NCBI GenBank assembly: GCA_951406725.2 | Contig: OX597835.1 | Coordinates: forward strand, 42,718,001 to 42,782,000 | Length of the DNA stretch: 64,000 bases | Reading direction: 5' to 3' | Source of the DNA: Octopus vulgaris | Taxonomy: Eukaryota | Part shown: piece after piece, positions 13,415-25,002 of the stretch | How positions within the stretch are numbered: the first letter of the stretch is position 1 | Layout of the letters: each line of letters begins with the position of its first letter | Notes under the pieces: model-generated | Told to the model about the DNA's origin: nothing | What the model saw: the letters and a program-made list of their open reading frames with translations, nothing else | Databases searched by the model: none | Position numbers and translations under genes: made by a program

Positions 13415-13469
13415 TATTATATAATGTATATGTATACATAAATGTATTTATATGTACACATGTGCAAGT

Positions 13470-13510
<41 letters not shown>

Positions 13511-13574
13511 CATATTCTTACACATACTCTTCTCACAGTTGAAAAGAAAATCCCTCTTTCTTATTCCAACTTAC

Positions 13575-13637
13575 TTCGGTTTCTTCCGTTTTGATGACAT
13601 GCTTCTCCGGTTCGGCGGCTGGTATAACATTACGCAT
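13575..13637 (-). CDS. Host gene exon 14: MRNVIPAAEPEKHVIKTEETE
   Basis: ctccttcacag acceptor, GAA|GTAAGT donor, 63 nt, phase 0/0. Confidence 0.85.
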
Positions 13638-13669
13638 CTGTGAAGGAGAGTGAGAATGAGATAATGTGT

Positions 13670-14370
13670 GTGTGTTGAGAGAGAGAGAGAAAGAGAGGGC
13701 AAGAGAGAAAAAAGGAGAGGGAGAGAGAGGGCAAGAGAGAATGGTGTAAGAGACAGAGAGCAAGAGAGAGGGGGAGAGAGAGAAAGGAGAGGCAAGAAAG
13801 AGGGAGAGAGAAAGAGAGAAAGAAAGAGAGGGCGAGAGAGAGAGTAAGAGAGAGGTAAGAGAGAGAGGGTAAGAGAGAGGTAAGAGAGAGAGGGTAAGAG
13901 ACAGAGAGCAAGAGAGAGAGAGGGAGAGAGAGAAAGAGGAGGCAAGAAAGAGGGAGAGAGAAAGAGGAGGCAAGACAGAGAGAGAAAGAAAGAGAGGGTG
14001 AGAGAGAGAGAGTAAGAGAGAGGTAAGAGACAGAGGGTAAGAGACAGAGAGCAAGAGAGAGAGGGAGAGAGAGAAAGAGGAGGCAAGAAAGAGGGAGAGA
14101 GAAAGAGGAGGCAAGACAGAGAGAGAAAGAAAGAGAGGGTGAGAGAGAGAGAGTAAGAGAGAGGTAAGAGACAGAGGGTAAGAGACAGAGAGCAAGAGAG
14201 AGAGAGTGTGGGAGAGAGACAGTGAGAGAGAGAGAGAGAGGAGTGATAAAGAAAGAAGAGGCAAGAGAGAGAGAGAAAGAGAGGGTGAGAGAGAGAGGCT
14301 AAGAGAGAGAGGGCAAGAGACAGAGAGCAAGAGAGATTGGGCGAGACAGTAAGAGAGAGGAGAGAGAGAA
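13670..14370. repeat. (GA)-rich compound tract with internal duplications
   Basis: Direct inspection; source of the spurious Ser/Leu ORFs. Confidence 0.9.
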
Positions 14371-14562
14371 AATTTGAATATTAAGCATAAATAATATAAA
14401 AACAAGACATTTAAGGTAGGTGCAGGAGTGGCTGTGTGGTAAGAAATTTGCCTCCCAACCACATGGATCCGGGTTCAGTCCCACTGCATGGCACCTATAG
14501 GCCTTGTGAGTGGATTTGGTAGACGGAAACTAAAAGAAGCCCATCCTGTGTATATATATATA

Positions 14563-17230
14563 TGGTGGAGGTGGAGGTGTTGGTGTTGCTGGTGGAGGTG
14601 TTGCTGTGTATGTTAAATCTGATCACAAACCGTCCAGCGGTATTCTACCCACTAATGCTCAACCTACAACAAAATTCGATGCCGTCTATTGCAAGCTGAG
14701 CCTATCCGAGTTTTGCCTGCCCGTGTTAGCTGTCTACAGGCCGCCTCTTGCCGACCCCCAGGACGATGCTCATTTACTCGAAGCGATAAGATTCGTTTCA
14801 GCTTCGCATGACTGTTTGGTACTAGGAGACTTCAACGCTCCCACGATCGATTGGCCCGCATCAATTTGTACAACATCTTCCCGGTTCGGCCAGGCCCTTC
14901 TTGACGTGGCTGAAGATTGTTTTCTATCACAACATGTTGAATATCCGACAAGGCATCGGTCTGGGCAGCAGCCATCTATGCTGGATCTGGTATTCTCCCG
15001 CTATCCAATATCAGTGTCAGACGTATCTGTGTGCGCCCCTCTTGCCAAGAGTGATCATGCGGTCCTGAAGTTCGTCATGCACACAACTTTTTCTACGCCC
15101 ACGACTACTTCGCTGCCACGTAGAGTCTTCTCTGCAATTAATCTTGAAATTCTAACCGAGGCTTCCGCGCTTCTGGACTGGCGATCCCTGATGACGTTGT
15201 CCTCAGTTGACGAACTATGGTCATCCCTCAAAGCATATGTAATCTGGTTGACTGACCAGGCAGTTCCCATTGGGCTTCCCAAGAAGAAGAAACACAAGCC
15301 CTGGGTGACGAAGAAGGTTAAACGAGAACGTCGACTCAGAGATATTTCTTGGGCTGAATTCAAAAATCTGGATTCGACTGCAGCTTTTGAGGTGTACAAA
15401 ACTCAACGAGACCGAGCCGTGAAAATTGAAAAGGAAGAACGCTTCAGTTATGAATACAAAATTGCGGCAAATGCCAGTAGCAATCCAAAAACCTTCTTTG
15501 CCCATGTCCAACGGAATTCCCACTTGAACAACCAGATTGCAACGTTGGTAGACTCAACAGGCGTATCGATTGAGGACCCTTATCAACAGAGTCAATTATT
15601 TGCCGAGGCTTTTTCAACTATTTTCAAACAAGATGATGGTCGTGAACCCCCTCCATTTGATAGATCGGTACCTCCAATGCTTCGATTGGTCATCACGCGG
15701 GACGAAGTCAAACGTGTTATTCAAGGCCTCGATGTCAACAAGAGTCACGGCCCTGACGGCATACACCCACGGGTTATCAAAGCGTTGGCTCCGGTCATCT
15801 GCGAGCCCTTAACACGTCTATTCAATATGTCATTGGCGACGGGTGTTATACCTGCGGACTGGAGAACAGCGATAATCTGCCCAATTTTCAAGAAAGGGAG
15901 CTGCGAAGATCCGCTTAACTACCAACCGGTTTCCCTTACATCAATAATCAGCAAGATGTTGAAACCATCCTTAAGAAAAGTATGATGCTCCACCTCCAAA
16001 ACACAGCCTCTATCTCTGATTCCCAACACGGCTTCATGCCGAAGAGATCATGCTTGACCAACTTACTGGTAATGGAAGAATTGGTGACGCGCATCCTTGA
16101 TGATAGTGATGCTGTTGACATCGTTTTATTGGACTTTGCCAAAGCTTTTGACTCGGTAAACCACCGCCTATTACTTGTCAAGCTTCAAGCATATAGTTTC
16201 CATCTGGATATTGTACGATGGGTTGGTGCCTTCCTCTCAGATCGCTCCTTCCAAGTCCAAGTTAATGGTTCGCAGTCCGACGTCTCCAGTGTGAGCAGTA
16301 GCGTGCCTCAAGGTTCAGTGCTTGGGCCATTATTGTTCTTAGTCTTCATAAATGACTTGCCCGACAACCTCACGCAACACACCCTTCTATTTGCCGACGA
16401 TATCAAACTGGTCGCTCCTTGCGGTGATATAGAGGATCTTCATCGATGCCTCCACCAAATTTGGAAGTGGTCTAACGAATGGGACCTGTGTCTGAACGTG
16501 TCAAAGTGCTGTCATCTGCCTGTTGGCTCTCCTCCTGCAACTCAACTTAAAGGACCTGGGTATCTTGGTGGATTCCTCCTTTTCGCATTCGGCCCAGTGC
16601 GTCCATGCTGCCAACAAAGCACGTGGAATTATGTTCTTGATTCAACGGTCATTCGGAATGCTCACAGCAGCCATATTCCTACCACTCTATGTCACGCTGG
16701 TGAGACCCATATTGGAGTACGGGATTCAAGCCTCTTCTCCTTATCTCCTCAAAGACATACAGCATCTCGAAAGAGTCCAGAAGCTGGCTACCCGCATGGT
16801 TCATGGTCTCAAAAATTTGTCCTATGAAGAAAGGCTGAGGACGCTCGACCTTTATTCTCTTGAAAAACGCCGCCGCCGTGGTGATCTCATTCTCGCCCAC
16901 AACATCATAAGCGGAAAGTGTAACCTCTTGAAAGAGCTGTTCTTCACTCCTGCTCCAGAGCGTCGGCTGTGGGGTCATTCCGAAAAGCTCTACCTGCGAC
17001 GATTTCATCTCAATCGAAGGAGAGGAGCTTTCTCCGTCCGGGTTGCGGATCCGTGGAACAAGCTGCCAGACGAGATGGTGAAGATGCCGACAACCGCTTT
17101 GTTCAAAGCCTCCCTTGACCTCAAGTGGCCTGAACTCTTTACATGAACACCACCCTGTACTTAACTCCATGTCCCCCTACATGGCCTTGCTATTTGCTTT
17201 TGAGCCAAATTAACTAACTAACTAACTAAC
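14563..17230 (+). mobile_element. 5'-truncated CR1-clade LINE (APE endonuclease + RT), frameshifted, (TAAC)n tail; nested in the (TA)n of a SINE (halves 14417-14562 and 17231-17519)
   Basis: GGGVAVYVK, GDFNAP, SDH, GPDGIHP, HGFMPKRSCLTNLL, DFAKAFDSV, VPQGSVLGP, FADD, LEKRRRRGDLI, RVADPWNKLP across ORFs 14606-15985, 15982-16827 and 16523-17146. Confidence 0.95.
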
Positions 17231-17277
<47 letters not shown>

Positions 17278-17524
17278 TATATGTATATGTGTCTATGTAT
17301 GTATGTCTTTGTGTCTATGTTTGTTCCTGCTCCCCACTGCTTCACAACTGGTGTTGGTGTGTTTATGTCCCCGTAACTTAGCGATTCACCAAAGACACTG
17401 ATAGAACAAGTACCAGGCTTAAAAAAGGAGTCCTGGGGTCGATTCATTCAACTGAAAATTTATGGTGGTGCCCCAGCATGGCTGCAGTCCAAAGACTGAA
17501 ACAAGTAAAAAATAAAAGATAACT

Positions 17525-18249
17525 TGGTGCAGGAGTGGTAAGCAGCATAGTTCCAGGCTCTGCAAGGGTCTTCTGCTGTAGCCCTGGGCCGACCAAAGCC
17601 TTGTGAGTGGATTTGGTAGATGGAAACTGAAAGAAGCCTATCGTATATATGTATATGTGTGTGTCTGTGTGTGTGTTTGTCCCATCTTATGCTGGTGTGT
17701 TTATATCCCCGTAACTTAACGGTTCGGCAAAAGAGACTGATAGAATAAATACTAGACTTGCAAAGAATAAGTCCTGGGGTCAATTTGCTCGACTAAAGGT
17801 GGTGCTCAAGCATAGCCACAGTCACATGACTGAAACAAGTAAAAGAGTAAAGAGTTCTATAGAATGGACAGTGGGTAGGGATTCGTGGTTGTGTAGTAAG
17901 ATGCTTGCTTTCCAACTAGAAGGTTCTAGGTTCAGTCCCACTGTGTGGCACCTTGGGCAAGTGTCTTCTATCTTAGCCTCGGGCCGACCAAAGCCTTGTG
18001 AGTGGATTTGGTAGATGGAAACTGAAAGAAGCCTATCGTATATATGTATATGTATGTGTCTGTGTGTGTGTTTGTCCCATCTTATGCTGGTGTGTTTATA
18101 TCCCCGTAACTTAACGGTTCAGCAAAAGAGACTGATAGAATAACTACTAGGCTTACAAAGAACAAGTCCTGGGGTCGATTTGCTCGACTAAAGGTGGTGC
18201 TCCAGCATGGCTGCAGTCAAATGACTGAAGCGAGTAAAAGAGTAAAAGA
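17525..18249 (+). mobile_element. Two tandem copies of tRNA-derived SINE family A
   Basis: Match to 31530-31950. Confidence 0.85.
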
Positions 18250-19133
18250 ACTACCTCAGCGCCTTAGTACCCATGACATTTGACTATTCTTAGTTAAATA
18301 CCACAAAGCTTTTCATTTGGTGCTCTGCCGATTATGTCATCTAACAGTTTTAATAGTTGTTTCAAAGTTTGGCACAAGACCAGCTGTTTTGAAGGGAGGG
18401 GGCAGAGGGCTAATCAATTACATTGATCCCCCTCTTCCACCCCAAGGATTTGATCAGTACTATATTTCATCAATCCCCGAAGAATGAAAAGCTAAGTGGA
18501 CGTTACTGGAATTTGACCATAGAATATCAAGAGCCATGAGAAGCGCCACCAAGCATTTTGTCCGATGTGCTGACCATTCTGGCAGCTTTCTGTCATCACC
18601 AGTTTCCATAATAAAAGCATAAAAAGGATTTCTGTATTGATCCATCGTCATCATCATCATCATCATCATAAATTAACATCAGTTTTCCATGCTTGGGCCG
18701 GACAGCTTAACAGGGACTGGCAAGGCCAGGGGCTGTATGAGGTTCCCAGAAAAAAAAAAAAGAATGAAAGGCAAAGTTGACCTCAGTGGAACTTGAACTC
18801 AGAACGTAGTGATAGGTGAAATTCCGCTAAACGTTTTGCCTGGCGTGCTAACGATTCTACTAGCTGGCCACTTATAACAATAAAATGGTTTTTCAAGGTA
18901 AATAAATAACAAATAACACTTGCCCAAAGTGACATAGGGTGGGACTGATCTCTGAACCATGTGGATGGGGATCAAACTTCTTACCACACAGCCATGCCTG
19001 CACCTTAGGCTTAAATACATTATTTAGTGACCAGCAGAAAACCACCCAGAGGGCAGTGTCTCTGTTGGTGTTTAATAATAATTTCTAATACAGTTCTAAG
19101 ATTTGTAAGGCAATAGTATTTTTTTATACTTAC

Positions 19134-19183
19134 TTTTGCCATTCGTTTAGCTTGTTTTTTACCGCTTTTACGCTGTTTTTCAT
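19134..19183 (-). CDS. Host gene exon 13: NEKQRKSGKKQAKRMAK
   Basis: ttattcaaag acceptor, AAA|GTAAGT donor, phase 1 to 0 as required. Confidence 0.85.
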
Positions 19184-19336
19184 CTTTGAATAAATAACAA
19201 ATATATCATATCATATATCCACATATATAAACAACATATATAAACAAAATATATATCATGATTGAGGCTTATATTTATCATAGAAATGTTGTGGCAAAGA
19301 AGGATTCATATTTAATGAGTACCGCAAGGGTTTAAA

Positions 19337-19372
<36 letters not shown>

Positions 19373-19430
19373 GCATATATACATACACACATACCATACA
19401 AATATACATACATGCATACATATATATATA

Positions 19431-19475
<45 letters not shown>

Positions 19476-19552
19476 AATGTAGACACAAATAGATATATAT
19501 ATATACGCAGATAGACAGACAGACAGATAGACAGATAGATAGATCAATATAA

Positions 19553-19613
<61 letters not shown>

Positions 19614-19646
19614 TACATAAATACATATATACATACAGGAATATAA

Positions 19647-19702
<56 letters not shown>

Positions 19703-19875
19703 TATTCATGTATATATAATGTATATAATTAATTTAGAGATGAACCACCCCTCCACAACTCAGTCTCTAAATTAATTACTTACATATATTATATATATTG
19801 AATCTAAATTTTTGCTTATATATATATATAAGTAAATATATGAAGTTGAACGCAAGTGTTATTAAAATTCTTTTA

Positions 19876-19961
19876 CTTTCGACATATGTTTCGAAGACAA
19901 CATTGGTTTTATTCCAAAGGAATAAACTGTATAAAATAGTGCAATCTTCTCATCAGGAAAG
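19876..19961 (-). ncRNA. Canonical-core type I hammerhead ribozyme downstream of a Penelope-like remnant
   Basis: ctttc-CTGATGA-GAAGA-(~50 nt)-TCTTC-GAAA-CATATG-TC-gaaag: stems I and II pair, stem III is the palindrome ACATATGT, GUC cleavage site. Confidence 0.8.
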
Positions 19962-20287
19962 AAAGAGAGCCTATCTCAACAACAAGACATTATAACTGTT
20001 TTGATGACTGCATAAATGATAAACCGAACGTTATTGAGTATTTAAAAAAAAACCATTAGTAGATCCGACGTCAAAGGCAGACCCTAGGAAGAGAAGGGGT
20101 AAGGAAATAATAAGTAGAGAACAAATAAAGAGGGATATATTGGTTGAAAAAATGTTCAAAGGCTTGGAAGTAGATTTCTCTATTGAAGTAAAGTGCAAGG
20201 TGAACTAAATGTTCAAACTATACAGACTGGTATAAATCACTTATATGAGCTAAAGGTATGTTTCTGCCAGTGCTTACATTTCTAAGA

Positions 20288-20480
20288 TCACTTTATAAGT
20301 GTGTTAACAAGGTGATTCTTAGAGAAGAGAATATGGAAGAGTTCAGAGTTGCAAATGTTACAAAATCCTTTGCCCTTATCATAAGGGAAGGAGATGGACA
20401 GGACGAACCAATCTAACTTAAAATCCTTATAGTTGTCTTTAAGATGCCAAACCAATTTACTTATCCCTGTGCTATAACAT
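20288..20480 (-). mobile_element. Penelope-like element GIY-YIG C-terminal remnant
   Basis: SKLVWHLKD...W...PY...FCNICNSELFHI...LVN pattern (ORF 20288..20581). Confidence 0.7.
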
Positions 20481-20519
20481 TTCTTTTTACACACACATAA
20501 GATCATTAAAAGCCACAAA

Positions 20520-21190
20520 CAGCCGAAATCACTAAAAAAGATCCCCACAAAGGCAAAATTATTTTCTAAAATAATGGACACAAAAGTGAAAAATGTGGTC
20601 GACCAACTTGTGCAACTTGCCCAAACCTTCTAGAAGGATCAGAATTCCTTTTCAAAGAGGGACAAAAATTCAAAATCAAATCTGATTTATGTTATAAGAT
20701 GCTTGGGCTACCACCAAAATTACATAGGGTCCATGGGATTATCACTCAGATGCAGATGCACTCTGCAACGACAGCAGATTGTATTCCCAGAATACAGAAT
20801 GATACCCTTTAGTGAACACATTGAGTGATGTGCAAAGCAACTGCTACCACAATTTGTAATCTTTCTGTTTTATCAATGTGCCATTGGAACACCAACACAA
20901 GTTAGATTAAATAAGGAAACCTACTTCTTTGAAAAATATAAGCCAAAACTTAACCATTTCTAGCATTTTTAAATAGGGAAACTTACCTCATTGAAAAAAT
21001 ATAAAGCAAAATTTAACCACTTTCAACATTCTATTCTTTCTAAACTAAATTATGTTAAATTAATAAAACCTGGTCATTCCTAATATTTTTGATAATCTCT
21101 CTCTTACACTGAAAAAATCCCTGATTATCTTCCCCTGTCTGGAACTCTCATATTTCACATCATAGCGAAGAGACGACATAATATCGGTAA
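20520..21190 (+). mobile_element. Second Penelope-like GIY-YIG remnant in opposite orientation, with a decayed hammerhead-like motif at 21121-21185
   Basis: KCGRPTCATCP, YVIRC..YIG, RLNKETYFFEKYKPKLN; CTGATTA-TCTTC...GAAGA downstream. Confidence 0.7.
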
Positions 21191-21351
21191 AGAAATTTGA
21201 GAAATTTGAAAAGAAAATACAAAACCAGTTATTTCTTCAAAAACAATGTTACTATACACAAAATTTTATAACATTTTTCTAGCATAATGATTTAAATATA
21301 TTCTTTACTGATATACCACAAGTCTTCTGTGGTTTTTTTCACTCTATTTTG

Positions 21352-21401
<50 letters not shown>

Positions 21402-21457
21402 AATTAAATAATAAGGGTAGAAATTGATATTAATCAATTAATCCAAAATTATGTTAC

Positions 21458-21909
21458 ATACAAAATTAAGAAGAATGACCATTAAAGTGGACACCTGATA
21501 TGCTAAACATAGACGTCAAATCACCATTACCACAAAGAATGTGTTCTCAAGAAAAGTGAAGACATTTGAAAAATACACCCAAATATAATTTGTAGAACTT
21601 TATACATACTCGATTTCAGTTGAGCATTCTGTATCTAGTTCTGGAAATTGTGTTTTGTAAGCGACAGACTACGCTGACGATCTTGCAGATATCTGCATGT
21701 TTGCATAAGTAGATATTAACAAGTGAAACCATTGGTACATAAGTAATCGTTTTTTATTTCGTATATTTTCATTTGTCTTGCTTATTTTTACACTTTGGTT
21801 TTTTCCTGAATTTTTTCTTAAGAACACATTCTTCATGGTAATGGGGATTTGATGTCTATGTTTAGCATATTAGGTGTCCACTTTAGTGGTCATTCCTCTT
21901 AATTTTGTG
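21458..21909 (+). mobile_element. Fold-back element with ~97-bp inverted arms and a hammerhead motif (21668-21744) in the spacer
   Basis: Arms 21458-21555 / 21813-21909; CTGACGA-tcttg...caagt-GAAA-CCATTGG-TA-cataagt. Confidence 0.7.
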
Positions 21910-21959
21910 TATATATATATATTTATAAACTGGTATCAAAGAGCCTTTGTGACACCTAC

Positions 21960-22097
21960 TTGGGACCTGCTGCTCTCCATCTTCGTCGATTGCTGCTTTA
22001 CTCTTTGAAGCTTTATGCTTCCCTGATTTCTTATCTTTTTGTTTCTTCTCCAGTTTGCCTTCCTCAGTCTGACTTTCTGTGTCATATTCTGCAGTCT
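21960..22097 (-). CDS. Host gene exon 12: ETAEYDTESQTEEGKLEKKQKDKK...EQQVP
   Basis: ttgtgcag acceptor, CAA|GTAGGT donor, 138 nt, phase 1/1. Confidence 0.85.
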
Positions 22098-22321
22098 CTG
22101 CACAAGTAAGCACACATATCAATATATTCCCTTTATCACAATTGTTTTTAATATTTCATTTACTCACAATAGATTAGACTGCCGAAAAAAATTCCAAACA
22201 TCAGGTTAGAACAATGAACCTTCCGATGACAAGAACCTTCCGAAGTATCCTAAATCTTCCTAATAATACTGTCTTCTGGTGCTGCACTAAACTAGGATTC
22301 ATGTCAGTTTCCTTTCTCCAT

Positions 22322-23048
22322 CTCTTTTTACTCTTTTACTTTGGCCATGCTGGAGCACTGCATTTAGTCAAGCAAATCGACCCCAGGACTTATTCTTTGT
22401 AAGCCTAGTTCTTATTCTGTCGGTCTCTTTTGCCGAACCACTAAGTTACAGGGACGTAAACACACCAGCATCGGTTGTCAAGCGATGACGGGGGGACAAA
22501 CACAGACACACAAACATATACACATACATATATATATGTACATATATACGACGGGCTTCTTTCAGTTTCCGTCTACCAAATCCATTCACAAGGCTTTGGT
22601 CAGCCCAAGGCTATAGTAGAAGACACTTGCCCAAGGTGCCATGCAGTGGGACTGAACCCAGGACCATGTGGTTTGTAAGCGAGCTACTTACCACACAGCC
22701 AGCACCTTAAAAAAAAGACTCCGCTGGTTACGACGACGAGGGTCCCAGCTGATACGATCAACGGAACAGCTTGCTCGTGAAATTAACGTGCAAATGGCTG
22801 AGCATTCCACAGACACGTGTACCCTTAACGTAGTTCTCGGGGATAATCAGCGTGACACAGAGAGTGACAAGGCTGACCCTTTGAAATACAAGTACAACTC
22901 ATTTTTGCCAGCTGAGTGGACTGGAGCAACGTGAAATAAAGTGTCTTGCTCAAGGACACAACGCGTCGCCGGGAATCGAACTCACAACCTTACGATCATG
23001 AGCCGAATGCCCTAACCACTAAGCCACGCGCCCTCATAGCCAGCACCT
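22322..23048 (-). mobile_element. SINE A with a second tRNA-SINE (22708-23037) nested in its head
   Basis: TSD agccagcacct at 22697 and 23038. Confidence 0.8.
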
Positions 23049-23830
23049 ATAACTACTGGAATACATTTTCCCCTAACTCAATGGCTAGCTCCTGAGACTT
23101 TGTTATTTTCTCTTTACCTCTCACATTTACTTTCTCATCATTTGAAACTGTAAGGTCAATTACCAGGCCCTTTCTGTTCTCTTTGTCTACTTCTACTAAA
23201 CCTGGTCTTCTAGTTTCTACTCCTCTGTCAATCTGAAACATTTTATATTTCTTACTATCTAAGCACTTTACTAGGTTCATGTTCATACCATTAATCAATA
23301 TGTATTTCTTTACTGCCCAGAAGGGGCCAAACATAGAGGGGACAAACAAGGGCAGACGAAGATATTGAGTCGATTATATCGCCCCCCCCCAGTGCGAAAC
23401 TGGTACTTTATTTATCGACCACGAAAGGATGAAAGGCAAAGTTGACCTTGGCAGAATTTGAACTCAGAACGTAACGACAGACGAAATACCGCTAAGCATT
23501 TTGCCCAGCGCGCTAACGTGTCTGCCAGCTTGCCGGTCCATCTGAACTTTCTGAGTTCAAATTTCCCTGAGATTGACTTTGCATTTTATCACTCTGCACT
23601 TGATGAAATAAGTACCAGTTGAGTAACAGGGTTCATATCATTAACTTCCCCACACACCCTCAAAATCTCAGGCCCTGTGCCTATAGTAGAAAGGATTATT
23701 GTTGTTGTTGTTGTTGTTGTTGCTGCTTGTTGATTGGAGAGCAGGAGAGCAGGAGAGAGTGCTCGTACCTTTGTTGGTGAGTGTAATCCCGGATCTGTGG
23801 AGTTTCTTGATTGGCCCTAATTAGAGTTTC

Positions 23831-24254
23831 TTATTCCTTTATTGCCCACAAGGGCAGACAAAAAGATTAGGTCGATCACATCGACCCCAGTGCATAACTG
23901 GTACTTAATTTATTGACCCCGAAAGGATGAAAGGTAAAGTCGACCTCGGCGGAATTTGAACTCAGAACGTAATGGCGGACAAAATACCGCAAAGCATTTC
24001 ACCCAGCGTGCTAACGTTTCTTATTTCTTTACTGCCCACAAGGGGCTACACACAGAGGGGACAAACAAGGGCAGACAAAGGGATTAGGTCGATTATATCG
24101 ACCCCAGTGCGTAACTGGTACTTATTTAATTGACCCCGAAAGATGAAAGGCAAGTCGACCTCAGCGGAATTTAAACTCAGAACGTATAGCATCAAACGAA
24201 ATAACGCTAAGGATTTCACCCAGCGTGCTAATGATTCCGCCAGTGCGCTCGCCT
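23831..24254 (-). mobile_element. Dimer of SINE family C (core gcctttcatcctttcggggtcgataaattaagtaccag)
   Basis: TSD-like taatt(a/g)gagtttc at 23818 and 24255; other copies at 23300, 25030-25610, 26330, 31305, 57355-58360. Confidence 0.8.
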
Positions 24255-24439
24255 TAATTGGAGTTTCTGCTGTATGAGGAGGACCCCATCATTCATGTAT
24301 TTTCATTGCATTTCCCCGTCTTTTCCATCTCCTTCTTCTTATCCTTTATGGAAATCCCCACATAAATAATTGTCTGTCCTTGTGATGTTTCCGTCATCTA
24401 TGCCCCATTGGCTAATAAAACAAAATTACTATTATGATT

Positions 24440-24477
<38 letters not shown>

Positions 24478-25002
24478 GTCTTTTTTTTTCTTTTTCTTTC
24501 AAATTTGCTTCCATTTCTTGCCGAGTGTCTTCCCGACTCCTAGGGCAAAGAAACTCATAGTATACATTGGTAGGCCATTAAACTAAACTCACTAGTTCGT
24601 TCTTTTTTTTTTAAGTTAAATTAAAATACATGGGTAGTAATAGTTCTCACATCGACAATGCTCTTCTCAATACGTGTGATGTACCAGTTAAGACAATCTT
24701 TTGCACTTCTTGCAGGGATGGTAAGCCAGGGATCATTCTCATATAATTTTCGGTTCCCTTCTTGATCATTCCTAGTGCTCCTACGATCACTGGTATTGTA
24801 ACCGCCTTGAGATGCCACATTTTCTCAATTTCAATGAGCAGGTCTTTATATTTTTTGAGCTTGTCAAATTCTTTCGCCGAGATATTATGATCACAGGGGA
24901 TGCTCATGTCGATCAATAAGCAAACTTTATTGTTTTGGTCTTTCACAACAATATCCAGTTTATTGGCTTTGATGGTTCGGTCTGTATGTACTGGAAAGTC
25001 TC
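24478..25002 (-). mobile_element. R4/Dong-type LINE 3' fragment
   Basis: ORF 24647..24946 (CLLIDMSIP, KYKDLLIEIEKMW, PVIVGALG); ends in (TAA)n; more decayed copies at 23050-23290, 25965-26300, 27013-27590, 47465-47810. Confidence 0.85.

Noticed and set aside
13533-14462. 309-aa Ser/Leu ORF
   Set aside because: Translation of a (CT)n tract; only 13575-13637 behaves as an exon
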